A stretch of 63,465 nt of DNA, the filler included, from Octopus bimaculoides (taxonomy: Eukaryota): assembly GCF_001194135.2 (NCBI RefSeq). It is 7 parts of 7 records of this genome, joined end to end, with 100 filler letters (N's around TTAATTAATTAA, not from the genome) between each part and the next. Parts side by side here need not be neighbours in the genome. Positions count along the whole stretch, not along the records: positions 34,402 to 49,344 come from NC_068992.1; positions 49,445 to 55,020 come from NC_069010.1; 5 more parts are not named here. One strand, given 5' to 3'. The notes under the pieces are model-generated. The model ran no database searches. It was given only the letters and a program-made list of their open reading frames with translations, and was not told the DNA's origin. The position numbers and the translations under genes are program-made. This document shows positions 41,621-53,211 of this stretch, piece after piece. Within the stretch, counting starts at the first letter, position 1. Every line of letters starts with the position of its first letter.

Positions 41621-41806
41621 ATCAATATGATACACTTCGATTGATAGAATCGTTTGAAGGGACAGAATCGTCAGAATAAATGCCTAGGGACTTCTAGTCG
41701 GTTCTTTACGTTGTGAGTTCAGATTCTTCCAAGACCATTTTTGTCTTCCTTACTTCCGAGTTTGGTAAATTAAAGAACTTGTGAAGTAAAGAATAAAAGG
41801 GTAAAG

Positions 41807-42644
41807 AGTATTATCCCAGATGTCCAATAAGTATTACCCCAGATGTCCAATAAGTATTATCCCAGATGTCCAATATGTATTATCCCAGATGTCCAATAAG
41901 TATTATCCCAGATGTCCAATAAATATTATATCAGTTGTCCAATGAGTATTATCCCAGATGTCCAATAAGTATTATCCCAGATGTCCAATGAGTATTATCC
42001 CAGTTGTCTAATAAGTATTATCCCAGTTGTCCAATAAGTATTATCCCAGATGTCCAATAAATATTATCCCAGATGTCCAATAAGTAATATTCCAGATGTC
42101 CAATAAATATTATCCCAGATGTCCAATAAATATTATCTCAGTTGTCCAATGAATATTATCCCTGATGTCCAATAAGTATTATCCCAGATGTCCAATGAGT
42201 ATTATCCCAGTTGTCCAATGAGTATTATCCCAGTTGTCCAATAAATATTATCCCAGATGTCCAATAAGTATTATCCCAGATGTCCAATAAGTATTACCCC
42301 AGATGTCCAATAAGTATTATCCCAGTTGTCCAATAAATATTATCCCAGATGTCCAATAAGTATTATCCTAGATGTCCAATAAATATTATCTCAGTTGTCC
42401 AATGAGTATTATCCCAGTTGTCCAATAAGTATTATCCTAGATGTCCAATAAATATTATCCCAGATGTCCAATAAGTATTATCCCAGTTGCCCAACGAGTA
42501 TTATCCCAGTTGTCCAATGAGTATTATCCCAGTTGTCCAATAAGTTTTATCCCAGATGTCTAACAACTATTATCCCAGATGTCCAATAAATATTATCCCA
42601 GTTGTCCAACGAGTATTATCCCAGATGTCCAATAAGTATTATCC
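41807..42644. repeat. 23-bp minisatellite, about 36 copies (AGTATTATCCCAGATGTCCAATA)
   Basis: Manual parsing gives 36 full units plus a partial one; no spacers. Confidence 0.95.
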
Positions 42645-42738
42645 TCTCCATGCCACCGATGTTATCCAAGGGAAAGGCAAAGGCCGATACAGCTTGGCAC
42701 CAGTGACGTCACAACTCATTTCTACAGCTGAATGAAGT

Positions 42739-43123
42739 TTGTTGTTGGCACTCCGACGCTTACGACGTCGAGGGTCCAGTTAATCCGATCAATGGAACAG
42801 CCTGCTCGTGAAATTAACGTGCAAGTGGCTGAGCGCTCCACAGACACGCGTAGCCTTAACGTAGTTCTCGGGGATACTCAGCGTGACACAGTGTAACAAG
42901 GCTGACCCTTTGAATTACAGGCACAACCGTAACAGGAAGTAAGAGTGAGAAAAAGCTATGGTGAAAGAGTACAGCAGGGTTCGCCACCATCCCCTGCCGG
43001 AGCCTCGTGGAGCTTTTAGGTGTTTCCGCTCAATAAACACTCACAACGCCCGGTCTGGGAATCGAAACCGCGATCCTATGACCGCGAGTCCACAGCCCTA
43101 ACCACTGAGCCATTGCGCCTCCC
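42739..43123 (-). mobile_element. Full-length tRNA-derived SINE family D with 17-bp target-site duplication
   Basis: TSD CTACAGCTGAATGAAGT at 42722-42738 and 43124-43140; head ggaggcgcaatggctcagtggttagg...ttcgattccc; inserted inside a family E copy. Confidence 0.9.
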
Positions 43124-43315
43124 CTACAGCTGAATGAAGTATAGCAACGTGAAATAAAGTGTCTTGCTCAACCGACGTTTTAACCGCTAAGTCATACGCC
43201 TTCACCACCAGTGAAGTACAGCTATCGATTTCATCAGTATCAATGAAGTATTGCTATTGATTTCATCGGCTACACCCTTATAATTAAAATGTGTAGAAAT
43301 CAGTATAATTCTTAC

Positions 43316-43459
43316 CTAGAACTGCAACTTTCAGGCTCTTCGAATCTCTTCCTAAGGAATTCTCTGCTGTGCATCTGACATAAACATTGCAATGGCTACA
43401 CGGCATCGTCACATTTATGGTACTACCATTACCTAACCAAGACCAAACGGAGGGTTTGG
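43316..43459 (-). CDS. Ig gene exon: second half of Ig domain 2
   Basis: tttatattttcAG acceptor, GTAAG donor, phase 1-1: PKPSVWSWLGNGSTINVTMPCSHCNVYVRCTAENSLGRDSKSLKVAVL; splices in frame to both neighbours. Confidence 0.85.
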
Positions 43460-44314
43460 CTGAAAATATAAAGAATTCGAAAATCTGTTGATGAAATTAA
43501 TTAGGTGGTGGTGGTGGTGGTGGTGNNNNNNNNNNNNNNNNNNNNNNNNNNNNNNNNNNNNNNNNNNNNNNNNNNNNNNNNNNNNNNNNNNNNNNNNNNN
43601 NNNNNNNNNNNNNNNNNNNNNNNNNNNNNNNNNNNNNNNNNNNNNNNNNNNNNNNNNNNNNNNNNNNNNNNNNNNNNNNNNNNNNNNNNNNNNNNNNNNN
43701 NNNNNNNNNNNNNNNNNNNNNNNNNNNNNNNNNNNNNNNNNNNNNNNNNNNNNNNNNNNNNNNNNNNNNNNNNNNNNNNNNNNNNNNNNNNNNNNNNNNN
43801 NNNNNNNNNNNNNNNNNNNNNNNNNNNNNNNNNNNNNNNNNNNNNNNNNNNNNNNNNNNNNNNNNNNNNNNNNNNNNNNNNNNNNNNNNNNNNNNNNNNN
43901 NNNNNNNNNNNNNNNNNNNNNNNNNNNNNNNNNNNNNNNNNNNNNNNNNNNNNNNNNNNNNNNAGAAGAAGAAGAAGAAGAAGAAGAAGAAGAAGAAGAA
44001 GAAGAAGAAGAAGAAGAAGAAGAAGAAGAAGAAGAAGAAGAAGAAGAAGAATCAGGAATAGGAGAATATGATGATGATAGTGATGATGATGACTTCGATG
44101 AGGGTTACGTGATGATGATGACCGAGATAAGCCAATGAAGCGATTGGTGGTTTGAATCACACAATCGAGATTTCTGTATCCGTAGCCAAAATCACTAAAC
44201 CTTTTCGAGATTAGACATCCTCGTCTACCAAGGAATAACTGTATACCACACAACGACGTACCTCACAGAAGTAACATTGTTCCTATAGTAGAAAGGATGA
44301 TTATTATTATTATT

Positions 44315-45022
44315 GTTCAGTAGTTTTATTTTTATAACGTGCTTTCACTTCACTACCGAGCGCAGCTCTGTGCGCCTTGGATACGTGCTGTGGTTTGATG
44401 TGGTGCTCTTATGTTTACTGTATTGAAGGTGTTTTGCGTAGAATGTGTGCAGTACCCAGTAGTGCAATTTTCTGTATGTTATATATATTTGTAAGTCCTG
44501 GTGTTTTTGTTATGTATTTGTCTGAATATTTTTTTATTATACCTAAGGCACCTACTATGATAGGAATTGTTTCTGTTTTTGGACTCCACATTCGAGTTAT
44601 CTCTATTTCCAGGTCTTTGTATTTTGAAAGTTTTTCCATTTCTTTTCGAGAAACGTTGTCATCTGCTGGTATTGATACATCAATTAGAAAGCATTTTTNN
44701 NNNNNNNNNNNNNNNNNNNNNNNNNNNNNNNNNNNNNNNNNNNNNNNNNNNNNNNNNNNNNNNNNNNNNNNNNNNNNNNNNNNNNNNNNNNNNNNNNNNN
44801 NNNNNNNNNNNNNNNTTTCTTCATGATCTTTGACAACTATATCTGGTCTATTTGCCTTAATTTCTCTATCTGTGTGTATTGGCATATCCCAGAGTATGGT
44901 TGCTTTCTCGTTTTCTGTGACCTTTTCTGGCGTGTGTTTATACCATCTTTTTTCTGTTGTTATTCCATAGTGTTGGCATAGCTTCCAGTGTATATAGGTC
45001 CCAGCTCTGTCGTGTCTGTGAA
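44315..45022 (-). mobile_element. 5'-truncated R4/Dong-clade LINE with restriction-like endonuclease, 3' UTR and (AAT)n on both sides
   Basis: ORF 44415-45110: HDRAGTYIHWKLC...WDMPIHTDREIKANRPDIVV...FLIDVSIPADDNV..KEMEKLSKYKDLEIEI...LLGTAHILRK (PD...D endonuclease motif). Confidence 0.9.
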
Positions 45023-45077
<55 letters not shown>

Positions 45078-46366
45078 GTTGTTGTTGTTGTTGTTGTTGC
45101 GGAGGCGCAATGGCCCAGTGGTTAGGGTAGCGGACTCGCGGTCATATGATTGCGGTTTCGATTCTCAGACCGGCCGTTGTGAGTGTTTATTGAGCGAAAA
45201 CACCTGGTTTTGTTGATAGTGGTGGTCATCATCGCTATTGTCTTTGTCATTCAGGAGGTGGTGGTGGTGGTGGTGCTGCTGCTGCTGCTGCTGTTGTTAT
45301 TTGTGGTGACGTTTGTGGTTTCGGTTGTGGTGGTGGTGGTAATGGTACGATATTAGGTGACGAACAAGGTCTAACAAGGAGTGTCACGTAGCAAGAATTC
45401 AGCTCTTGATCATATGGAGTTGCTAACGCAAGCACTCGAAATTTCCGTTCGCTTAGAACGCATACAGCATACACATGTGACACACACAACACACACACAC
45501 ACAAACACAAACACAAACACACACACACACACACACACTCAAACACAAAGAGATACACAGTCGCACTTTCTACATGATGTAGATAATTAGAATGTGAAAT
45601 ACGACGTCGCAATCCATGTTTATTGTACACTTTCCATTGCCCTGCTTATTGCTAGAAACTAAACTCAATGTAGGACACGATGATACTAACATTTTGCCGT
45701 TTTGGGACCCAAAGGACAATAATAGAAACTGCGAACTTCACCAATAGACGCAGACGAGGATAAAGGCGCGGGCATAGCTGTGTTGTTATAAAGTTTGCTT
45801 CTCAACCACATGGTTTGGGGTTCAAGTCCCGCCGCGTGACACCTTGTGTAAACGTCTTCTACAGTAAATAGCCTGGGACTACCCACAGCCATGTGAGGGT
45901 AGCGAAATGGCAGAATCGTTAGCACGCCGGGCGAAATGTTTAGCGGTATTTCGTCTGCCGTTGCGTTCTGAGTTCAAATTCTTCCGAGGTCGACTTTGCT
46001 TTTCATCCTTTTGGGGTCGATAAATTAAGTACCAGTTACGCACCGGAGTCGATGTAATCGACTTAATCCCTTTGTCCTTGTTTGTCCTGTTTATGTTTGG
46101 CCCCTTTGTGGGCAATAAAGAAATAAGAAATATGTGAGTAGATTCGGTAAACGAAGACTGAGAGAAGCCCGCCGTGTATATATATATATATACATTGTTG
46201 GGAAAGAAAAATAGTCAAGATTAAATGCAAGGTATACATAATTGAGTTTTTAAATCACTGAAACAACAAGTAATTAAAAATGCGACATTTCAAGTGAAAC
46301 AACCTAATATAATAGCAAACAGAACTGAGTAAACAAATAAATAAATAAAATGGCAATCCGACTTAC

Positions 46367-46510
46367 GGTCATCTGTATCTTCTGTATTTTCTTCTGTTAT
46401 TTGCCACGTAATACGAGGTATAGGATTACCTTCTGACAGGCAAGTCATAACAGCGTAATTATTTTCTTCGATTTCAAAATTTTCCGTTAGATTAGTAATA
46501 ACTGGTAAAA
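46367..46510 (-). CDS. Ig gene exon: first half of Ig domain 2
   Basis: ttttaacgtacAG acceptor, GTAAGT donor, phase 1-1: FLPVITNLTENFEIEENNYAVMTCLSEGNPIPRITWQITEENTEDTDD. Confidence 0.88.
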
Positions 46511-46744
46511 CTGTACGTTAAAAGAAACCGTAGTTAGTAAACCATAGGACAAAAAGCATTTATATTTTATACTTCTGGGTTTTGTTTTTGCTTATTTTCT
46601 TTTTCTTGGTTGTCTTCTTTTCGTGTTGTTTTTCGTTTCCATTCGTTAGTGTTTTTGACACAAATTTAAGCGGTAGTGTTGGTGTTGGTAGGGGAAAATA
46701 GTTGATTAATTAAATTAATGAACCGTATTAATGGTATTGTTTCA

Positions 46745-47340
46745 GCCAGATTCGTTAGCACGCCGGAGGGAAATGCTTAGCGTCTGTACTTACCGAGTTC
46801 AAATTCGCCGGAAGTCGACTTTGCTTTCATCCTTTCGGATTTCGATATAATAAGTACTAATTGAGTACTGGGATCGATGTAATCGATTTAGTCCCAACCC
46901 CGGAAATTGCTGACCTTGTGCCGAAATTTTAAACCAATATTTAGCCTAAAGGCAGCGAGCTTGCAGAAACGTTAGCACGCCAGGCAAAATGCTTTGCGGT
47001 ATTTCGTCTGTCTTTACGTTCTGAATTCTCAAATTCCGTCGAGTTCGACTTTGCCTTTCATCCTTTCGAGGTTGATAAATGAAGTACCAGTTGCTTACTG
47101 GAGTCGATCTAATCGACTGGCCCCCACCTCAAAAATTTCGGGCCTTGTGCTTAGAGTAGAAAAGAATCGTTAGAATGCCAGACGAAATGCTTAGCGGCAT
47201 TTTTCCGTCTTTACGTTCTTGAATTCAAATTCCGTGGAGGTTGATTTCGTCCTTTCGCGATTCCATGAAATAAGTACCAATTTTAATCATTGAGGTCAAT
47301 TTAACCGACGTATCCCATCCCACAAAAATCCCACGCTTCC
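46745..47340 (+). mobile_element. Chain of three SINE family B copies
   Basis: Repeated cgttagcacgcc...aaatgct...ttcaaattc units. Confidence 0.8.
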
Positions 47341-47765
47341 TATTTGTAGTAGAAAAGTACTTGTAACGTTAAAAATCCTTCGAAAGGATGAAATGGTAAA
47401 TCGTTCATAACAGAAATTGAACTAAGAAAGTAAAATCATGAAATAAAAATACTGTGATGGATTTTCACTGTATAACACGGGTTTTGCCGGCAAAAGACAA
47501 CTACAGAATAAGTACCAGACTCACAAAACTAAGTACTAGGGTTGACATATTCGACTGAAACCCTTCAAGGTGTTCCAGTATGGCTGCAATCCAATGACTG
47601 CCGCAAGTAAAAGATAAAATGTAAATTCAGCCGTAGTTAACATCCCCTTTCTTACCCGACCTACTCTACTTTATCGCTAAAATTTACGTCCTAGTTCATT
47701 AGAATTAGACATGCTCCTAACCAAATTGTGTGATATTGTGGCTAAGTCAAAAAGAAATATCTTAC

Positions 47766-47943
47766 ATTGTATAACTAAGGATATATCATTGGATACTTCA
47801 TTTCCTTTCGAACATTTGTAGGATCCTTCGTCTGTTAGTGTTAAGTTGTTAATCTTCAGATTTCCTTGGTTGTCTAATGTGTATTTACTCCTCCTCTTCG
47901 TTTTTATTTCATTTCTATTTGTTCTCATCCATTTGACTTGCGA
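47766..47943 (-). CDS. Ig gene exon: second half of Ig domain 1
   Basis: tctgtttcAG acceptor, GTAAG donor, phase 0-1: SQVKWMRT...YTLDNQGNLKINNLTLTDEGSYKCSKG...ISLVIQ. Confidence 0.88.
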
Positions 47944-48265
47944 CTGAAACAGATAAAAAACACATATTCGTGAAAGTATTTATATTACAAAAATGTATGA
48001 CCACCTAAGACTAGAGAGGTATTAGTTTGCGTCTACAAAATTTTAATTTAGTTTAATTTATCTACTTTGAGTCATGGTATGTTGACGATTTCTAATAAGG
48101 ATAAAATGGCGCTATACGTGATTATTAGCCACTAAAAAATTTAAGGTCTTCTTAATATCTAAGCAAAAGAATAAATTAAATATGGATATTCTATGCATTC
48201 ACTTCCTTGTTCTTCGATCCTAAATTTCAAACTTCTATTCCCTGGTGACCAAGGAACACCACACT

Positions 48266-48308
<43 letters not shown>

Positions 48309-48537
48309 TTGTATCTTATTTCTTTACTGCCCACTAGGGGCTACACACAGAGGGGACAAACAAGGACAGACAAACGGATTAAATCGATTATATCGACCCC
48401 AGTGCATAATTGGTACTTATTTAATCGACTCCGAAAGGATGAAAGGCAAAGTCGACCTCGGCGGAATTTGAACTCAGAACGTAGCGGCAGACGAAATACT
48501 GCTAAGCATTTCGCCCGGCGTGCTAACGTTTCTGCCA

Positions 48538-48660
48538 GGTGAGCCTCCAGATGTTTCTTCCTGAGCAGTGGCGTCCTCCGTTGTCTACGTCCATTGAGAC
48601 CTCCTCTATGCATGACTTGCTCAATGGTGGACGGTGACACCTTCGTCCCTGCCCGGTCAA
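48538..48660 (-). mobile_element. Tc1 transposase DNA-binding fragment
   Basis: GTKVSPSTIEQVMHRGGLNGRRQRRTPLLRKKHLEAHL, matching the Tc1 VSxSTIxRxL...GRRxRKxPLL motif. Confidence 0.7.
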
Positions 48661-48771
48661 GCGTTTCAATTAGGGCTGTGGTTGTGGTCCAGGGGTTGTT
48701 GACCTCTCAGCAGGTTTTCCTGCAAAATTTGTTTACAATATATCGCTGGCAGACTCCACTGCGCAGGTGTG

Positions 48772-48816
48772 CGCGGCTGACATGAGCCAAATAGCTCGAA
48801 ACCGGACGGTCCCGCG
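48772..48816 (+). ncRNA. Type I hammerhead ribozyme-like motif with defective core
   Basis: CGCGG-CTGACAT-GAGC-caaata-GCTC-GAA-ACC-ggac-GGT-C-CCGCG: all three stems intact, GUC site, core lacks G8. Confidence 0.6.
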
Positions 48817-49297
48817 GTCCTGTCAGCTGTTGGAGGGTAGTATGGGTTCGCTCCCCCTGCTAGCTATGCATTTTGCATAAAGGGTGCAGAACTTGCACCG
48901 AAAACCAGCTGGTGGAGAATCCGCCTGGGGTTAAACTAGTAGTAACATTCATCTGTCACTTTGATGTGGCTACTCGCTTTACTGTTTAGTATACGTTACT
49001 ACTCAATCTCTTCTTGAGATTTTATATATATATATGTATATATATACATACATATATACAACGGGCTTCTTTCAGTTTCCATTCACAAGGCTTTGGTCGG
49101 CCCGTGACAATAGTAAAAGACACTTGCCGAAGGTGCCATGCAGTGGTACTGAACCCGGAAACATGTAGTTGGGAAACAAGTTTCTTAGCACAAAACCACA
49201 ATATATTAGGGGACGTTAACAAACCAACACAAGTTATTAAGTGGTGATCGGGGTATGAACACAAACACAAAAATGCACACAGATGTATACATACAAT

Positions 49298-49344
<47 letters not shown>

Positions 49345-49444
49345 NNNNNNNNNNNNNNNNNNNNNNNNNNNNNNNNNNNNNNNNNNNNTTAATTAATTAA
49401 NNNNNNNNNNNNNNNNNNNNNNNNNNNNNNNNNNNNNNNNNNNN
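49345..49444. other. Synthetic 100-nt join spacer
   Basis: 44N-TTAATTAATTAA-44N. Confidence 0.95.
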
Positions 49445-49549
49445 TTATATGTATACTTTATTTAAAAGCAGCAGAAATATATTACTCTACCTCTGGTATT
49501 TGAGTACTCTTTTTTCCACCTTATTGCACATTTTATGTGCTTACTCCAG

Positions 49550-49582
<33 letters not shown>

Positions 49583-49712
49583 TAGTTTTAGGGAAAATAA
49601 CCCAGTTTCAAGAACTCATCAATGAAAATCCACTCAATTTAATTTTAATTTTTAATAAATTGATTTTAATTGAGTTTTTTCCTGTAACTTTGGATTTTGT
49701 CCCTAATATTAT

Positions 49713-49747
<35 letters not shown>

Positions 49748-49980
49748 CTGTGTGTACAGGCTTCTTTAGGTTTCCATAGTTTCCATCTACCAAATCCAGT
49801 CCCAAGGCTTTGGTCAATCTGGAACAAAAACAGAAAACACTTGCTCAATGTGCCATACAATGGAACTGAACCCAAAACATTGTGTTTGCTGAGCAAACCT
49901 CTCACCTACATCGCCACGTCTGTAGATTTTACTGTGTTATGTTTCCATTAATGTTTTTTTTTTTGTGCTTCTCTGTTTAG

Positions 49981-50224
49981 GTTGTGTGTCTTTGGCCAGC
50001 TCCAGTGGCAACACCCCCGTGCTGCACCATAAAACTGCAGATCTTGAGGAAGTCTACTTGTCTGCTGATGGCTCTCATCACATCTACGACGCTACAAACA
50101 ACGTACAAGATGGCGGCTACTTGTACGACAACTCCAGTAACCATAGTAAAGGCCACCACAGTTGTTCAGACAGCCCTCTTAGTAAAAAGTCACCAACGCC
50201 ACCTGGTGGTTACGTCACAAAAAG
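49981..50224 (+). CDS. SR/RS-rich protein, internal exon a
   Basis: Long polypyrimidine tract and AG acceptor, AG|GTAGGT donor, phase 1-2, open frame GCVSLASSSG...SPTPPGGYVTKR compatible with the next exon. Confidence 0.7.
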
Positions 50225-50527
50225 GTAGGTAATAATTTTATTTTACAAGTGTGTGTGTGTGTGTGTGTAAAAATCTCCATCACAGAACAGTACATTATTT
50301 TTATATATGTGTATATATATATATATATAATACAAATGATATGTGAGCACATGCATATATACATACATATATGTACATACCTACATATAGATGCATATCC
50401 GGGTACAGGACGTCAAAAAGTCGTGGACAAAAAAGGAACGGGAACATAAACAAAGCACAAAAACCGAACTTTTTTTTACGGACGACAGAATGAACACATA
50501 GAAAAACAGACAAGCCACGTATGGAAC

Positions 50528-50590
50528 TTTTCCTTCATCAGCTGCCTCTATTCTAAACTAGGCGTTTCGAAGATGAGGCAGAACGCGCTC
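50528..50590 (-). ncRNA. Hammerhead-like motif with non-circular strand order (copy 1)
   Basis: Minus strand: GCGT-T-CTGCCTC-at-cttc-GAAA-CGC-(13 nt)-GAGGCAG-CTGATGA-aggaa. Confidence 0.6.
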
Positions 50591-50623
<33 letters not shown>

Positions 50624-50899
50624 ATGTGTGCTAACACTTTGATTGAGTAGGGCCATGTTCAAAGACATTCTATCCTTGGCCATCTCCTATCATTTTGTGC
50701 ATCTGGAAGCACATAGTGCTATATGTACTTTCTTTATTTAAGGCTGTAGAATGTGATTTACAGTTGATTTGGCTTCTATTTCCAGCAAGTCATGTATGAA
50801 AGGGTCATCAATCCAGGGGTGTGGAACCTGTTGTGCTATATTTGTTGGTCTTCTTTGAAGCTCCATCTGCAAATAATCTTTTTGTATTTCCTTTTGCAG

Positions 50900-51094
50900 A
50901 TACAACTCCAGCGCTTCTTCATCTCAACGAAGAGAAAGCTTGCAGCCCCAGGAGCGTTCGAGGTCTCCGGTCAGTCGTAAATCAAGGAAGCGCAGCCCGT
51001 CAAGGAAACACAGTCGTTCCAAGTCTCCAGGCAAACAGTCAAAGAGGAGCAAATCCCCAAGTCCACACAAACACAGGAACCATTCAAAATGCAG
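50900..51094 (+). CDS. SR/RS-rich protein, internal exon b
   Basis: cttttgcAG acceptor, CAG|GTAAGT donor, phase 2-2: RYNSSASSSQRRES...RSRSPVSRKSRKRSPSRKHSRSKSPGK. Confidence 0.8.
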
Positions 51095-51448
51095 GTAAGT
51101 GGAACGGGGGCATTACTGTGTGCAGGGGAGGTGGATTCCTGCCAAGTAGTAGTAGTAGTAGTGATAGTGGAAATGGTAGTAGTAGTAGTAGTGCAAGTGG
51201 TAGTAGTAGTAGTGGAAGTGGGGGTAGTAGTAGTAGTAGTAGTAGTGGTAGTAGTAGTAGTAGTAGTAGTACAAGTGGTAGTAGTAGGTAGTCGTAATGG
51301 TAGTGGTAGTAGTAGTAGTAGTAGTAGAAGTGGTAGTAGTATAGTAGAAGTGGTGGTAGTAGTAGTAGTAGTAGTACAAGTGGTAGTAGTAGGTAGTCGT
51401 AATGGTAGTAGTAGAAGTGATAGTAGTAGTAGTAGTATAGTAGAAGTG

Positions 51449-51479
<31 letters not shown>

Positions 51480-51921
51480 TAATCATCCTTTCTACTCTAG
51501 GCCTAAGGGGCCTGAAATGTGTGGAGGAGGATGGTCAGTTACACTGGTACTTATTTTATTGACTCTGAAAGGGTGAAAGATTGAACTCCGGACGTAAAGA
51601 CAACCGAAATGCTTAGCAGCAGGCTACATAATATGTACTGGTGATGGTGTCATACAGAAAGCGCTGGTGGTGTTGGTGCCATGTAAAAAAGCACCCATTA
51701 CACTTTGTAAAGTGGTTGGCATTAAGAAGGGCATCCAGCTGTTGAAACCAAGCGAAATCATACAATGAGCCTAGTGTTGATCCCAGCCTTGCCGCTTCCT
51801 GTCAAGCCATCCAACCCATGCCAGCATGGAAAGCAGATGTTAAATGTTGATTTTGATGTTGATGATGATGATGGAGGGCAGTTTCTATGCATCCTACTTT
51901 GTGTTTTCTTTCTCCCTTCAG

Positions 51922-52080
51922 ATCAGTATCACGTTCACCCAATAAATACAGCTCGTCGAGTCGTCAACTACGACTGATTGAACAGTCTCCCAAGCAATAC
52001 AGCAGGCACCAATCACCCGCACACCATTCCAGATCTCACCTCAGCAGTGCTGTTTCCTCGCAGACACGTGTGGAGAAGTC
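51922..52080 (+). CDS. SR/RS-rich protein, internal exon c (runs into gap)
   Basis: ctcccttcAG acceptor, phase 2: RSVSRSPNKYSSSSRQ...SPAHHSRSH; 3' end hidden by Ns. Confidence 0.75.
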
Positions 52081-52771
52081 NNNNNNNNNNNNNNNNNNNN
52101 NNNNNNNNNNNNNNNNNNNNNNNNNNNNNNNNNNNNNNNNNNNNNNNNNNNNNNNNNNNNNNNNNNNNNNNNNNNNNNNNNNNNNNNNNNNNNNNNNNNN
52201 NNNNNNNNNNNNNNNNNNNNNNNNNNNNNNNNNNNNNNNNNNNNNNNNNNNNNNNNNNNNNNNNNNNNNNNNNNNNNNNNNNNNNNNNNNNNNNNNNNNN
52301 NNNNNNNNNNNNNNNNNNNNNNNNNNNNNNNNNNNNNNNNNNNNNNNNNNNNNNNNNNNNNNNNNNNNNNNNNNNNNNNNNNNNNNNNNNNNNNNNNNNN
52401 NNNNNNNNNNNNNNNNNNNNNNNNNNNNNNNNNNNNNNNNNNNNNNNNNNNNNNNNNNNNNNNNNNNNNNNNNNNNNNNNNNNNNNNNNNNNNNNNNNNN
52501 NNNNNNNNNNNNNNNNNNNNNNNNNNNNNNNNNNNNNNNNNNNNNNNNNNNNNNNNNNNNNNNNNNNNNNNNNNNNNNNNNNNNNNNNNNNNNNNNNNNN
52601 NNNNNNNNNNNNNNNNNNNNNNNNNNNNNNNNNNNNNNNNNNNNNNNNNNNNNNNNNNNNNNNNNNNNNNNNNNNNNNNNNNNNNNNNNNNNNNNNNNNN
52701 NNNNNNNNNNNNNNNNNNNNNNNNNNNNNNNNNNNNNNNNNNNNNNNNNNNNNNNNNNNNNNNNNNNNNNN

Positions 52772-52818
<47 letters not shown>

Positions 52819-53211
52819 GTATGTATATATGTTTGCATGTCTGTGTTCGTCCCCCGCAACATCACTTGACAGCCAATGCTGATGTGTTTACGTCCCTGTA
52901 ACTTAGCGGTTCGACAAAAGAGGCTGATAGAATAAGTACTAGGCTTCCAAAGAATAAGTCCTGGGGTCGATTTGCTCGACTAAAAAGGCAGTGTTCCACA
53001 TATATGTACACATACATACATACATACATACACACACATATACACGTATGCACATACATATGCATATAGTGTTGTAGTGTGTTTCGATTGGAAATTTAGC
53101 TGCTATTTCTATCTGGCTTTGTAACCATGGAAACCACAAAGAGATGCCTTTGTTTAACTCTGCGTCTGTTCTTCTCATGCGACCTCTCCCTGTTACGTTT
53201 CTTTCTCGAAG

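Noticed and set aside
41807-42644. CRISPR-like appearance of the 23-bp array
   Set aside because: Contiguous units without unique spacers, no cas genes, eukaryotic context.
43231-43275. GAAA-23 nt-CTGATGA on the minus strand, mimicking the scrambled hammerhead spacing
   Set aside because: Explained by a local duplication (gctat.gatttcatc); segment C and stems are absent.
51095-51291. Poly-Ser extension of ORF 50821-51291
   Set aside because: Lies beyond a perfect CAG|GTAAGT donor, is an (AGT)n microsatellite, and is in a different frame from the spliced exon.
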